DNA of 39,325 nucleotides from an uncultured Spirochaetales bacterium (GTDB taxonomy: Bacteria > UBP6 > UBA1177), in NCBI GenBank assembly GCA_902780365.1, contig CACZFE010000003.1:1-39325 (forward strand), written 5' to 3'. How positions within the stretch are numbered: the stretch's first letter is position 1; every line of letters begins with the position of its first letter. The notes under the pieces were generated by a model that was not told where the DNA came from, did no database searches, and saw only the letters and a program-made list of their open reading frames with translations. The translations under genes and the position numbers were made by a program. Shown here piece after piece: positions 1 to 10,800 of this stretch.

Positions 1-87
1 ATCGCAATGGACGAAGGTCTCCGCTTCGCAATCAGAGAAGGCGGCAGAACGGTCGGCGCTGGTGTCGTTTCCAAGATTATTGAATAA
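1..87 (+). CDS. tuf: elongation factor Tu, last 28 codons only (5' part lies upstream of window)
   Basis: Frame 1 reads IAMDEGLRFAIREGGRTVGAGVVSKIIE then TAA (85-87), the conserved EF-Tu C-terminus. The canonical rpmG-tRNA-Trp-secE-nusG order follows. Confidence 0.9.
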   Translation: MAMDEGLRFAIREGGRTVGAGVVSKIIE

Positions 88-99
88 TTGGAGTAAATT

Positions 100-276
100 A
101 TGGGTTCTAAGAAAAAAGTCGGCGCGAGAGTTAAAATCGCTCTTTGCTGTTCTGAGTGCAAAAGAAAAAATTATACGACCATGAAGAACAAAAAGAACAC
201 TGCCGATAAAATGGAAATCAAGAAGTACTGCCCGTATGACAGAAAGCATACTGTGCATAAAGAGGTAAAGATTTAA
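100..276 (+). CDS. rpmG: 50S ribosomal protein L33
   Basis: 58-codon ORF, too short for the ORF track: [58 protein letters not shown]. It is Lys-rich with a CxxC...C pattern typical of L33. GGAG lies 6 nt upstream of the ATG. The position between tuf and tRNA-Trp/secE is the classical one. Confidence 0.88.
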   Translation: MGSKKKVGARVKIALCCSECKRKNYTTMKNKKNTADKMEIKKYCPYDRKHTVHKEVKI

Positions 277-289
277 GTAGTCGCGAGGC

Positions 290-365
290 AGGTCAGTAGT
301 TCAATTGGTAGAGCATCGGTCTCCAAAACCGGGGGTTGCGGGTTCGATTCCTGCCTGGCCTGCCA
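290..365 (+). tRNA. trnW: tRNA-Trp (anticodon CCA)
   Basis: 76-nt cloverleaf folded by hand. Acceptor AGGTCAG/CTGGCCT has one G-U pair. D-arm is GTTC-AATTGGTA-GAGC. Anticodon stem TCGGT/ACCGG carries the loop CTCCAAA. T-arm is GCGGG-TTCGATT-CCTGC, followed by discriminator G and encoded CCA (363-365). It is very close to my recollection of E. coli tRNA-Trp and sits in the classical rpmG-trpT-secE position. Confidence 0.92.
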
Positions 366-383
366 TTTTTGATTGAGGTTCGT

Positions 384-767
384 ATGAAAAACGGAAAGAT
401 AGTCCTTGGGCTTTATACAGTTTTTTTCCTTGTTCTGATGTATTTCATGACACAGGCATCAGATGCTTTGCTCGGAATCAGAGCGATCGACATTGCCGAT
501 GTCAAATTGCTTTCGGTTCTGCCGGTAAAAAATCTTGTCGGTTTTATTCTTGCAGCCGGAATCACTTTCTATTTCTGGAAAGGAAAAAAAGGGTTTTATC
601 TTGACGAACTGAACAAGGCGATTGACGAACTCAGAAAAGTTGTAACTCCGACCAAAGAAGAAACGAAAGTTACAACAATCTCTGTTTTTGTATTTGTCGG
701 TATAATGCTGGTTGTCTTTGTTGTTTTCGATCTTATCTGGTCGAATCTTTCCAGATTGATTTACTAA
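384..767 (+). CDS. secE: preprotein translocase subunit SecE (three-TM form)
   Basis: C-terminal part DELRKVVTPTKEETKVTTISVFVFVGIMLVVFVVFDLIW matches the SecE hinge plus TM signature. Two further N-terminal hydrophobic segments are present. ATG 384 was chosen because the ORF-track start (336) lies inside the tRNA. The gene lies directly upstream of nusG. Confidence 0.8.
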   Translation: MKNGKIVLGLYTVFFLVLMYFMTQASDALLGIRAIDIADVKLLSVLPVKNLVGFILAAGITFYFWKGKKGFYLDELNKAIDELRKVVTPTKEETKVTTISVFVFVGIMLVVFVVFDLIWSNLSRLIY

Positions 768-782
768 TTCAGGCGGTTATCC

Positions 783-1355
783 ATGAAGTGGTATGCAATT
801 CACACACAGACTGGTGAAGAAGGCAAACTGAAGAATGCAATCGAACAGTTGATTGCGAAAAAGGGAATGCAGGATTCTTTCGGGGAGATTATTGTTCCCG
901 AAGTTGAAATCGAAGAGAAGAAAGACGGAAAAACAAAAATCGTAAAGAAAAACCTTTACCCCGGTTATGTTTTTATCCAGATGGAGTTCTCGGAAGATGC
1001 TCTTATTCTAGTCAAGGAAGTTCCCTTTTCAAGAAAACCGCTTTTTATAGGAGAAAAAAAGAGATTCCAGACCTCGAAACAGAAACAGAGTTTCGCAATG
1101 CCTATGGTTATTTCGGAAGCCGAGATCCAGAAAATCAAGAAGATGCTTGAAGAGGGCGAGGTTTCCGGTTCTTCCTCCACGATGTATGAAAAAGGCGAGA
1201 TGATCCTCATTAAGGACGGTCCTTTCGCAGGTTTCAAAGCCGTCATTGACGACGTGAAGGAAGGAAAAGAAAAATTGGAAGTTTTGGTTAATATTTTTGG
1301 GCGTTCTACACCCGTCGAGCTTAACTTCTCACAGGTTGAGAAGGTTGAGGATTAA
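783..1355 (+). CDS. nusG: transcription termination/antitermination factor NusG
   Basis: N-terminal WYAIHTQTGEE... (NGN domain) and C-terminal KOW region (GEMILIKDGPFAGFKAVIDDV...VLVNIFGRSTPVEL). Synteny is secE-nusG-rplK. Confidence 0.95.
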   Translation: MKWYAIHTQTGEEGKLKNAIEQLIAKKGMQDSFGEIIVPEVEIEEKKDGKTKIVKKNLYPGYVFIQMEFSEDALILVKEVPFSRKPLFIGEKKRFQTSKQKQSFAMPMVISEAEIQKIKKMLEEGEVSGSSSTMYEKGEMILIKDGPFAGFKAVIDDVKEGKEKLEVLVNIFGRSTPVELNFSQVEKVED

Positions 1356-1375
1356 CAATTTTAGAGGAGTGAACA

Positions 1376-1798
1376 ATGGCTAAGAAAGTAGTCGCAAACG
1401 TAAAGTTGCAGATTCCTGCAGCGGCAGCGAATCCGGCTCCTCCCGTTGGTCCTGCGCTCGGACAGCACGGCGTAAACATCATGGAGTTCTGCAAAGCGTT
1501 CAACGCAAGAACACAGGAACAGAAAGGTTATGTAATTCCTGTCGTTATTACGATTTTCGCTGACAGATCCTTCACGTTTGTTACAAAAACTCCGCCTGCT
1601 TCCCAGTTGCTTATGAAAGCACTTGACAAGAGTAAAGGATCCGGGGAGCCCAACAAAAAGAAAATCGGTTCTTTGACGATGGATCAGATTGCTGAGATCG
1701 CTAAGATGAAACTTGTCGACCTCAACACGACAGATCTTGAAGCTGCAAAACAAATTATTATCGGAACTGCCCGCAGCATGGGCATCACCGTTGAGTAA
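1376..1798 (+). CDS. rplK: 50S ribosomal protein L11
   Basis: [43 protein letters not shown]... is the hallmark L11 N-terminus. GAGGAG RBS lies upstream. Confidence 0.97.
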   Translation: MAKKVVANVKLQIPAAAANPAPPVGPALGQHGVNIMEFCKAFNARTQEQKGYVIPVVITIFADRSFTFVTKTPPASQLLMKALDKSKGSGEPNKKKIGSLTMDQIAEIAKMKLVDLNTTDLEAAKQIIIGTARSMGITVE

Positions 1799-1808
1799 GG
1801 AGGGAAAA

Positions 1809-2516
1809 ATGGCAGCTTGTGGAAAAAGACTTGCAGATGCAGCTAAAAATTTTGACAGAAATGTTAAGTATTCCGTTCAGGAAGCAGTAACGATTCTTCA
1901 GAAAAGCGCATCCAAAAAATTTGACGAGACGGTTGAACTTGCAGTTAACCTCGGTATCAACGCAAAGAAATCGGATCAGATGGTTCGTGGTGCCACCGTA
2001 TTCCCTCACGGTGTCGGCAAAGTCGTAAAAGTTTGTGCTATCGTTCCTGCAGACATGGTTGAGCAGGCTAAGAATGCGGGCGCTGATTTTTACGGCAGCG
2101 AAGAGCTTATCGACAAAATCATGCAGGAAGAATGGACAGATTTCGACAAACTGGTCACGATTCCGGCGATGATGGGTAAAATCGGTAAACTCGGTAAAGT
2201 TCTCGGAAGAAAAGGTTTGATGCCGAACCCGAAACTTGGTACTGTCAACAACGACATTACTGCGGCAATCAAACTTGTAAAGGCCGGTCGTGTTGAGTTT
2301 AAAGTCAATAAAGCCGGTGTCCTTTGCTGTATGGTCGGCAAACTCAGCTTCGGTCCTGATAAAATCTACGACAACGTTGTAGAATTCATCAAAGACCTCC
2401 AGAAGCTTAAACCGGCAACGGCAAAAGGTGCTTTCATCAAGAAAGTCACGATTTCCTGCACGATGGGACCCGGACTCAAACTTGATGAAACAGCTCTCGT
2501 TAGTGAGGCTAAGTAG
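1809..2516 (+). CDS. rplA: 50S ribosomal protein L1
   Basis: MAACGKRLADAAKNFDRNVKYSVQEAV...VRGATVFPHGVGK... is typical L1. ATG 1809 follows AAGGAGG, whereas the ORF-track start 1713 would overlap rplK. Confidence 0.95.
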   Translation: MAACGKRLADAAKNFDRNVKYSVQEAVTILQKSASKKFDETVELAVNLGINAKKSDQMVRGATVFPHGVGKVVKVCAIVPADMVEQAKNAGADFYGSEELIDKIMQEEWTDFDKLVTIPAMMGKIGKLGKVLGRKGLMPNPKLGTVNNDITAAIKLVKAGRVEFKVNKAGVLCCMVGKLSFGPDKIYDNVVEFIKDLQKLKPATAKGAFIKKVTISCTMGPGLKLDETALVSEAK

Positions 2517-2531
2517 TTTTTTAATAATCGT

Positions 2532-2607
2532 TTCTGGTCGTAGAAGTCGGGTGCCTGAGGGCTTAATTTCCTGTCTGAGACCTGTCATTGTTCTTCGATG
2601 ACCAGAA
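2532..2607 (+). promoter_or_regulatory. possible L10(L12) autoregulatory leader structure upstream of rplJ
   Basis: A long-range helix TTCTGGTC..GAAG (2532-2546) pairs with CTTC..GACCAGAA (2593-2607), enclosing about 45 nt in the 112-nt rplA-rplJ spacer. The position is that of known L10 leaders. The family was not verified. Confidence 0.3.
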
Positions 2608-2628
2608 GTAAATTGATGGAGTTGCTTA

Positions 2629-3150
2629 ATGGAAAAAAGCAAAAAACAACAGATCATCGAGGAGATCAAAGATGCGCTTTCCAAAGCTTCGTCATGCGTT
2701 GTAATCGATTTCAACGGAGTAAACATGGAGACTTTCACTCCTTTCCGTAAAGAGTGCGCGAAAGAGCAGGTAAAACTGCTTGTCGTCAAGAACACTCTTG
2801 CGAAACACGCGATTGAAGGGACTCCTTATGAGGGTATTTCGAAGTTCCTCTCCGGAATGACGGCCCTTGTGCTTACGATGGGAGATCAGGTAAGCGGTGC
2901 AAAAGTCGTCAAGAAAATCTCAAAGAAAGACGAACGCATCGTTATCAAAGCCGGCGCACTGGATGGAAAAATCCTTACGGCGAAAGAAGTGGAAGTCCTC
3001 GCAGACCTTCCGAGCAAAGAAGAGCTTCAGGCGAAGCTGCTTGCAACAATGCTTGCTGTACCTCAGAATTTCGTGCGGCTGCTTAATGCTGTTCCGCAGA
3101 CTTTTGTACGCTTGCTTGCTGCATACAAAGACAAACTTGAACAGGCTTAG
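2629..3150 (+). CDS. rplJ: 50S ribosomal protein L10
   Basis: The length, the position between rplA and rplL, and the C-terminal L12-binding helix region (LQAKLLATMLAVPQNFVRLLNAVPQTFVRLL) all fit L10. Confidence 0.93.
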   Translation: MEKSKKQQIIEEIKDALSKASSCVVIDFNGVNMETFTPFRKECAKEQVKLLVVKNTLAKHAIEGTPYEGISKFLSGMTALVLTMGDQVSGAKVVKKISKKDERIVIKAGALDGKILTAKEVEVLADLPSKEELQAKLLATMLAVPQNFVRLLNAVPQTFVRLLAAYKDKLEQA

Positions 3151-3183
3151 TTATTATTAATTTTTTGTTTTATGGAGAAAACA

Positions 3184-3552
3184 ATGACAAAAGAAGAAGT
3201 AAAAGAATTCATCAAAGGAATGACTGTCCTTGAACTTTCGGAACTTATTAAAGAACTCGAAGAAGAACTCGGCGTAAGCGCAGCTGCTCCTGTAGCTGTT
3301 GCAGCTGGTCCTGTTGCTGGTCCTGCAGCAGCAGTAGAAGAAAAGACCGAATTTGACGTTGTTCTTAAATCGGAAGGCGCAAAGAAACTTGAAGTTATTA
3401 AAGAAGTTCGCGCAATCACCGGTCTCGGCCTCAAAGAAGCTAAAGACCTCGTTGAAGGTCACGGCGTTGTAAAGGAAGGCGTTTCAAAGGCTGATGCAGA
3501 AGCTATTAAAGAGAAACTTGTTGCAGCTGGCGCTGAGATAGAGATTAAGTAA
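3184..3552 (+). CDS. rplL: 50S ribosomal protein L7/L12
   Basis: [31 protein letters not shown], then an Ala/Pro hinge, then [24 protein letters not shown]...[17 protein letters not shown] 3184 has GGAGA 5 nt upstream, and ATG 3172 is an in-frame alternative. Confidence 0.96.
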   Translation: MTKEEVKEFIKGMTVLELSELIKELEEELGVSAAAPVAVAAGPVAGPAAAVEEKTEFDVVLKSEGAKKLEVIKEVRAITGLGLKEAKDLVEGHGVVKEGVSKADAEAIKEKLVAAGAEIEIK

Positions 3553-3601
3553 GTGACTGAAAACATTCTGCATTTTTGCAGAACTTATGAATTTTTTTGG
3601 A

Positions 3602-3643
3602 GGTAAGGCAGCTTTGTGCTGTCTTACCTGCTTTTTTATTTTT
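3602..3643 (+). terminator. intrinsic terminator/attenuator between rplL and rpoB
   Basis: GGTAAGGCAGC (3602-3612), loop TTTGT, GCTGTCTTACC (3618-3628) forms an 11-bp stem with one G-U pair, followed by TGCTTTTTTATTTTT. A smaller hairpin TTCTGCA/TGCAGAA (3566-3583) precedes it. A partial terminator at this position is classical for rplJL-rpoBC operons. Confidence 0.6.
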
Positions 3644-3702
3644 AGCTTATTCGGATTATTCGGAGTGCCGGAAGATATCAGATACCAAACAAAAGAGAGG
3701 TA

Positions 3703-6700
3703 ATGATGGGGATCTTAGGACAGCAGAATTACAGAACGAGAAAGTGGTTCGGAAAAGTAGCGAAAAACGTTACTGACATTCCGGATCTTCTTGAGGTGCA
3801 GAAGGCTTCTTTCCAGGACCTGCTCCAGAAAGATGTCGCGCCTGCGGACAGAAAAAAAATCGGCTTGCACAACGCTTTTCTGTCGATTTTCCCGATAACA
3901 AGCTTCAATAACGCTATTGAACTTTCTTATCTGGGTTATTCCGTCGGTGAGCCGCAGTACGATGTCGACGAGTGCAAACTCAGAGGCACGACTTATGAGC
4001 TTCCTTTGAAAATCAAGGCGGCTTTGGCTTCTTACGATATTGACGAAAACGGAAACAGAAGCAAACTCAATTCTATTACGGAACAGGAGATTCATTTCGG
4101 TTCGATTCCGTGTATGACGGATTGGGGAACATTTATCATCAACGGAACAGAGAGGGTTATAGTCAATCAGCTCCACCGTTCTCCGGGAACCTTTTTTGAT
4201 TGTGATAAAAACAAGACAACGAGCGGAAACGAAGTCTATGCTGCAAGGCTGATTCCTTACCACGGATCATGGCTTGATTTCGAGTTCGATTCCAAAAGAC
4301 TGCTCTACGTCAAAATAGACAGAAAAAAGAAATTTCTGGCGACTATTTTCCTGAAAGCGTGGGGTTACACGACCCAGGAAATAGTTTCAGCTTTTTATAT
4401 ACCTGAAAAAATTTTGGTCCATGACGGCGTTATCGCTAAAGTTATATCCAAGGATGACGAAAATATCACCAAGCAGAAGGCACCTGCCGATATTATCGGA
4501 CCGGACGAAAAAGAACTTGTCAAAGAAGGAAAGAAATTTTCGGCCGGTGTTCTGAAAAGACTTGAAGCAGCTGGTATCAGCGAGGTTTCGCTTTCGTCGG
4601 AATATATTATCGGAAAGCGTCTCTACGCACCTGTCGCTGATCCGAAGACCGGCGAGGTTTTTGCGAATGTCAACGACGAGATCAACGCAACGCTTCTTGA
4701 CAACATCATCAAGAAAGGGGTTCAGGAATTTTCGATAATCTACTTCGAAAATATGAACTATTCGCCGTATCTTTCGAATACTCTCAAAGCGGACAAGACT
4801 GCTTCCCAGGAAGATGCTCTGCTCGAGATCTACAGAATGATGGTTCCGTCAAATCCTGTAAGACCTGATGTTGCGCGCGGTTATTTCAACGCTCTTTTCC
4901 TCAATCCTGAAAACTATGACCTCAGCGAAGTCGGTCGTCTCAGAATGAACTACAAGTTTAAGGAGAATGTTCCGCTTTCCGAGAGACAGCTCAGAAAGGA
5001 AGATGTTCTGAATTCGGTAGTATGCCTCCTCGAACTTACCGACGGCAGAGGTAAAATCGACGATATCGACCACTTGGGAAACAGAAGAGTCCGTCTTGTC
5101 GGCGAACTTCTCGAGGATGTTTTCAAAACCGGGCTCCTCAAGATGTCGCACAGCATAAAGGAAAAAATCGCAGGCGGATCCCCTGAGAATAACCAGTCTC
5201 CTTACGAGGTTATCAGCTACAAGCAGGTTTCGGCTGTTCTGAAAGATTTCTTTACGGGCGGTACTCTCAGCCAGTTCATGGATCACACGAATGTTCTTTC
5301 CGAAATGACCCACAAAAGAAGACTTTCGGCTCTCGGTCCCGGCGGTTTGACGCGCGACCACGCAGGTTACGATGTTCGAGACGTTCACAGAACGCACTAC
5401 GGCCGAATCTGCCCGGTCGAAACTCCCGAAGGTCCGAACGTAGGTCTTATCGTTTCGCTTACGACTTTTGCAAGAATAGACAAGTTCGGATACATCGAGA
5501 CTCCTTACAGAGTTGTCGAAAAATGCAAAGTTACGGATAAAGTCGTCTACCTTGACGCGATAAAGGAAGAAAGTGAAGTTATCGTTCCTTCTTCTGTAAA
5601 ACTCGACAAAAACGGAATGATCGAGGACGAAATCGTCAACGCAAGAGTTGTCGGCGAAGTTGCCAGAGTTCCGAGGGAAAATGTTACATTGGTAGACCTT
5701 GTTCCGGTCCAGCTTGTTTCCGTTTCGGCCGCTCTTATCCCGTTCCTTGAGCACGATGACGCTAACAGAGCTTTGATGGGCTCCAACATGCAGCGTCAGG
5801 CTGTTCCTCTTATCCGAACGGATGCTCCGCTCGTAGGAACAGGCATGGAAAAATACGTTGCGAGAGACTCGGGTTACACCCTTTTCGCGCAGCGTGACGG
5901 TACGGTCGTAAAAGTTGATTCGAGCAGGATCGTTGTCAAAGTCGAAGAAGACAACAATGTCGATGTTGATATTTACAACCTTATAAAATTCAAACGTTCC
6001 AACCAGAATACGGCGATCAATCAGCGCCCGGTCGTTTCTGTCGGTGACTTTGTCAGAAAAGGCGACGTCATTGCCGACGGTCCGGCTATCAACCGCGGCG
6101 AACTCGCACTCGGTAAAAACGTTCTCATCGCGTTCATGCCCTGGAACGGCTACAACTACGAGGACTCCGTTCTCATCAACCGCAGACTTCTCAAGGACGA
6201 CTACTACACGTCAGTCCACATCGAGGAATTTGTCTGCGAGGCGAGAGACACCAAACGCGGTCCTGAAGAAATCACCGCCGACATTCCGAACGCATCCGAC
6301 GAGATCTTGAGAAAACTCGACGAGAGCGGTATCATCAGGATCGGTCAGAAGATAAAACCCGGCGATATTCTTGTCGGTAAAGTAACACCGAAAGGCGAAA
6401 CTGTCCTCACTCCGGAAGAAAAGCTTCTCAGAGCTATATTCGGCGAGAAGGCGGGCGATGTAAAAGACAATTCGCTTTATGTCCATCCCGGCACTGAAGG
6501 CGTTGTCATCGACACCAGGATCTTCTCGAGAAAAGGTGTCAAGAAGGACAACCGCATAAAAGAGCAGATGCAGGAGCAGATGGATGCCGTCAAGAGAAAC
6601 CGCGACGACGAAGTCCGCATTATTGAAAAGCATACCTACGAACTTATAAGAAAGATGTTCGTCGGCAAAAAGACTGATGCTGACCTTAAGAATGAGAAAG

Positions 6701-7812
6701 ATGTTCTTGTCGTCAAGAAAGGAACGGAGCTCACTCCTGAAATCCTCGCGAATGTTCCCGAAAGCCTTATGGGTGCTCTCAGCGTGAAGGACAGAGAAGT
6801 CCTCAAAACCGCGAAAGAGCTTCTTCTCAACATGAATAGAAAGGTCGATACCGTCAAGAAGATCTACGACAACAAGATGAAGCAGATCTCGCGCGACGAC
6901 GATCTTACTCCCGGCGTTGTAAAATCGGTAAAGGTTTTTGTCGCTGTAAAGAGAAAACTTTCGGTAGGTGACAAAATGTCGGGCCGTCACGGAAACAAAG
7001 GTGTCGTTTCGATGCTTCTTCCTGAAGAGGATGTTCCCTACATGGAAGACGGCAGAACGGTCGACATCGTCCTTAACCCGCTCGGTGTTCCCAGCCGTAT
7101 GAACATCGGACAGATCTTTGAAGTTCATCTTGGCTTAGGCGCAAGAAAACTCGGCGAACAGATCAACCGCTATCTCGAAGAGAACTACAGCGTTGACAAG
7201 CTCAGAGCCAAACTCAAAGAAGTCCTTCAGCCGAGCAAGGAAGTCGCGAAACTTATCGACGAAGCCGGTGAAGACGATGTCCGCAGCTTCATCAAATCGA
7301 TGAAAGGCGGTATCTACACGGCTACACCCGTTTTCGACGGTGCTCAGGAATCGGAGATCAGGCAGATCCTCAAAGAGACCGGCGAGCGCGAGAACGGCAA
7401 GATGATACTTTTCGACGGCAGAACGGGCGAACCTTTCGAATCAGATGTAACCGTCGGCGTCATGTACTTCCTCAAACTCCACCACCTGGTCGACGAGAAA
7501 GTCCATGCAAGAAGCACCGGTCCTTACTCGCTTGTCACTCAGCAGCCTCTCGGCGGAAAGGCTCAGTTCGGCGGCCAGAGGCTCGGAGAAATGGAGGTCT
7601 GGGCACTCGGAGCATACGGCGCGGCTTACTGCTTGCAGGAATTCCTTACCGTCAAATCTGACGATGTCGAGGGCAGAAAGAAACTTTACGAAGCTATCGT
7701 CCGCGGCAAGACCAAGTACGAAATGGGAATCCCGGCGTCGTTCTCAGTCCTTGTAAAAGAGATGCAGAGCCTTTGCCTTAACGTAAATTTGATTGAAGAC
7801 AACAACAGATAG
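3703..7812 (+). CDS. rpoB: DNA-directed RNA polymerase subunit beta
   Basis: 1369 aa with conserved beta blocks: RRLSALGPGGL, PVETPEGPNVGLI, NMQRQAVPL, GDKMSGRHGNKGVVS, LNPLGVPSRMNIGQ, GKAQFGGQRLGEMEVWAL. Confidence 0.98.
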   Translation: MMGILGQQNYRTRKWFGKVAKNVTDIPDLLEVQKASFQDLLQKDVAPADRKKIGLHNAFLSIFPITSFNNAIELSYLGYSVGEPQYDVDECKLRGTTYELPLKIKAALASYDIDENGNRSKLNSITEQEIHFGSIPCMTDWGTFIINGTERVIVNQLHRSPGTFFDCDKNKTTSGNEVYAARLIPYHGSWLDFEFDSKRLLYVKIDRKKKFLATIFLKAWGYTTQEIVSAFYIPEKILVHDGVIAKVISKDDENITKQKAPADIIGPDEKELVKEGKKFSAGVLKRLEAAGISEVSLSSEYIIGKRLYAPVADPKTGEVFANVNDEINATLLDNIIKKGVQEFSIIYFENMNYSPYLSNTLKADKTASQEDALLEIYRMMVPSNPVRPDVARGYFNALFLNPENYDLSEVGRLRMNYKFKENVPLSERQLRKEDVLNSVVCLLELTDGRGKIDDIDHLGNRRVRLVGELLEDVFKTGLLKMSHSIKEKIAGGSPENNQSPYEVISYKQVSAVLKDFFTGGTLSQFMDHTNVLSEMTHKRRLSALGPGGLTRDHAGYDVRDVHRTHYGRICPVETPEGPNVGLIVSLTTFARIDKFGYIETPYRVVEKCKVTDKVVYLDAIKEESEVIVPSSVKLDKNGMIEDEIVNARVVGEVARVPRENVTLVDLVPVQLVSVSAALIPFLEHDDANRALMGSNMQRQAVPLIRTDAPLVGTGMEKYVARDSGYTLFAQRDGTVVKVDSSRIVVKVEEDNNVDVDIYNLIKFKRSNQNTAINQRPVVSVGDFVRKGDVIADGPAINRGELALGKNVLIAFMPWNGYNYEDSVLINRRLLKDDYYTSVHIEEFVCEARDTKRGPEEITADIPNASDEILRKLDESGIIRIGQKIKPGDILVGKVTPKGETVLTPEEKLLRAIFGEKAGDVKDNSLYVHPGTEGVVIDTRIFSRKGVKKDNRIKEQMQEQMDAVKRNRDDEVRIIEKHTYELIRKMFVGKKTDADLKNEKDVLVVKKGTELTPEILANVPESLMGALSVKDREVLKTAKELLLNMNRKVDTVKKIYDNKMKQISRDDDLTPGVVKSVKVFVAVKRKLSVGDKMSGRHGNKGVVSMLLPEEDVPYMEDGRTVDIVLNPLGVPSRMNIGQIFEVHLGLGARKLGEQINRYLEENYSVDKLRAKLKEVLQPSKEVAKLIDEAGEDDVRSFIKSMKGGIYTATPVFDGAQESEIRQILKETGERENGKMILFDGRTGEPFESDVTVGVMYFLKLHHLVDEKVHARSTGPYSLVTQQPLGGKAQFGGQRLGEMEVWALGAYGAAYCLQEFLTVKSDDVEGRKKLYEAIVRGKTKYEMGIPASFSVLVKEMQSLCLNVNLIEDNNR

Positions 7813-7821
7813 GAGGATGCC

Positions 7822-10800
7822 TTGAAAGACATTTACAAAGTTTTCGACAAGTCGAAAAGCAGTTTTGATTTTAAGGCTATCGAGGTATCTCTCGCTTCGC
7901 CTGAAAAAATCCTTGAATGGTCTTACGGCGAGGTCAAAAAGCCCGAAACGCTCAACCACAGAACCTACAAGCCTGAGAAGGACGGTCTTTTCTGCGCGAA
8001 AATATTCGGTCCTATCAACGACTACGAGTGTCTCTGCGGTAAATACAGAAGGATGAAATACAAAGGCATCGTCTGCGAAAAATGCGGTGTCGAAGTTATC
8101 GAATCCAAGGTCAGAAGAGAGAGAATGGGACATATCACGCTGGCGACTCCTGTTGCCCACATCTGGTATGTCAAAACATCCCCTTTCTACATCAACACCC
8201 TTCTCGGAATGAGCAACACCAACCTCAGCAGCGTAATCTACTGTGAAGGTTACGTCGTTCTTAACTCCGAGATAAAAGGCGTTGTCAAAGGACAGTATCT
8301 TGAGGAAGAGCAGTACAACGAACTTCTTGAGAAATACGGTCCTGACCAGATCGAAGCTGAAACAGGCGCGGCTCCTCTGAGAAAGCTCCTTGAAGAGATG
8401 GATCTCGTTGCCATGAAGAAGGAAGTCGAAGAGGAACTTGCAAACTGCGGTGACAAGAACCAGCAGGCAAAACTGCAGAAAAGGATCAATGTTTTCAACA
8501 AGTTCATCCGCTCTGGCGAAAGACCTGAAAACATGATTCTCACGGTTCTCCCTGTTCTTCCGCCCGATTTGAGACCGCTTGTTCCGCTTGAAGGCGGCAG
8601 CAGATTCGCTACAAGCGACCTCAACGACCTTTACAGAAGAGTCCTCAACAGAAATATCCGCTTGAAAAAGCTTATGGATCTCGGCGCTCCTGATGTCATC
8701 ATCAAAAACGAGACAAGAATGCTCCAGGAAGCGGTCGACGCGCTTTTCGACAACACGAAAGTTCACAGACCGGTTCAGGGTGCAAACGGCAGAGCGTTGA
8801 AATCACTCAGCGAAATGCTCAAAGGTAAGGGCGGCCGTTTCCGTCAGAACCTTCTCGGAAAACGTGTCGACTACTCAGGCCGTTCGGTTATTACTGTCGG
8901 TCCCGAGCTCAAACTGCACGAGTGCGGTCTTCCGAAGGTCATGGCTCTTGAACTTTTCAAGCCGTTTATCTACAACAAACTTTCCGAAAGAAACCTTGTC
9001 AGCACCGTCAAGGCTGCTAAAAACATGGTCGAAGCGGGCGAAGACGTTGTATGGGAGATCCTTGAGGAAGTCGTAAAAGAGCATCCGGTCCTTCTCAACC
9101 GTGCACCGACTCTTCACAGACTCGGTATCCAGGCATTCGAGCCGGTTCTTATCGATTCGAAGGCTATCAGGCTCCATCCGCTTGTTTGCGTAGCGTTCAA
9201 CGCTGACTTCGACGGTGACCAGATGGCGGTCCATCTTCCTCTCAGCATCGAAGCACAGCTTGAAAGCCGCGTCCTTATGATGTCGACGAACAACATTCTT
9301 TCTCCGGCATCGGGTTCTCCGGTAATTTCTCCGGCACAGGATATGGTTCTCGGTCTTTACTACCTGACCACCGCGAAACCTTATTCAAAAGGCGAGGGCA
9401 AGGTTTTCTATTCCGATACCGAAGCCCTGATGGCGCGTGATTCCGGTATTATTGACTGGCAGTCCATAATCAAGGTCAGAGTTGACGGCGAACTCAAAGT
9501 CACGACAGCCGGCAGACTTCTTATCTGGGCTGTAACACCTAAAGAACTTGGTTTCGATACGATCAACAGACAGCTCAAGAAAGGTGACTGGACATCGATT
9601 CTTGACAAGAGTTTCAGAGTTGCCGGCGGAAAGGCGACAGTTGTTTTTGCCGATAAAATCAAAAACCTCGGTTACCAGTATTCAACGAAAGCGGCTTACT
9701 CTATTTCGATAGACGATATCAAAATTCCGGACGAAAAAGCAACTATTATCGCCGAAACCGAAAAATCGGTACGCGCAGTTGAAAACCAGTATTTGAACGG
9801 TAACATCACGAAGTCGGAAAGATACAACAAAATCGTCGACTTGTGGACTGCTGCGAACGAAAAAGTTACCAACAAGATGATGGACGGTCTCAAGGAAACG
9901 AAGATCAAACATGAGCTTTGGGGTGACATCATCATGCCTTCAGAAAACTCGATATACGTTATGGCCGATTCAAAGGCCAGAGGTTCGAAAGACCAGATCA
10001 AACAGCTCGGCGGTATGCGTGGTCTTATGTCAAAACCGAACGGCGACATCATCGAAACGCCGATTCTTGCAAACTTCAAGGAAGGTCTTGACTCTCTGGA
10101 CTACTTCACATCGACTCACGGTGCAAGAAAAGGTTCGGCCGACACGGCTCTTAAAACCGCGAACTCCGGTTACCTCACCAGAAGACTTGTCGATGTCGCT
10201 CAGGATGTCGTCGTAGTTGAAGAAGACTGCGGTACGAACAGCGGTATCGATGTAGAACCGATGCTCAACGAGTCTGGCGAGATCATCGCTCCGCTTAAGG
10301 AGAGGATCCTCGGAAGAGTCACTCTCGACGATATCGAAGATCCGGATACCGGCGAAATCATTCTCGAGGCCAACACGATGATAGACGAAGCTGCGGCTGA
10401 CAAAATCGTTGATCTTGGTATCGACAGTGTCAGGATCAGATCGGTCCTTACCTGCAGAAGTCCTTTCGGTGTCTGCGCGAAATGCTACGGCAGAGACTTG
10501 GCGCGCGGCCACTTGGTCAATGTCGGCGAAGCTGTCGGATTCATCGCTGCACAGTCGATCGGTGAACCTGGAACTCAGCTTACGATGAGAACTTTCCACG
10601 TCGGCGGTGTTGCTTCAGGACGAGGCGAAAAGTCAAGCCACGAGGCAAAGAGAGCCGGCAAAGTCGTCTACAGAGACATCAAACTCCTCAAAAAGGACGA
10701 CGGAACCTATGTCGTAATGAACAGAAACGGTAAAATCGTCATTCAGGACGAAAAAGGCCGTGACAGAGAAAAATATCCGGTAACATACGGAACCAACCTC

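Noticed and set aside
336-383. N-terminal extension of the secE ORF (track start 336)
   Set aside because: The extension is encoded by the T-arm and acceptor stem of tRNA-Trp (290-365). The ATG at 384 is the credible start.
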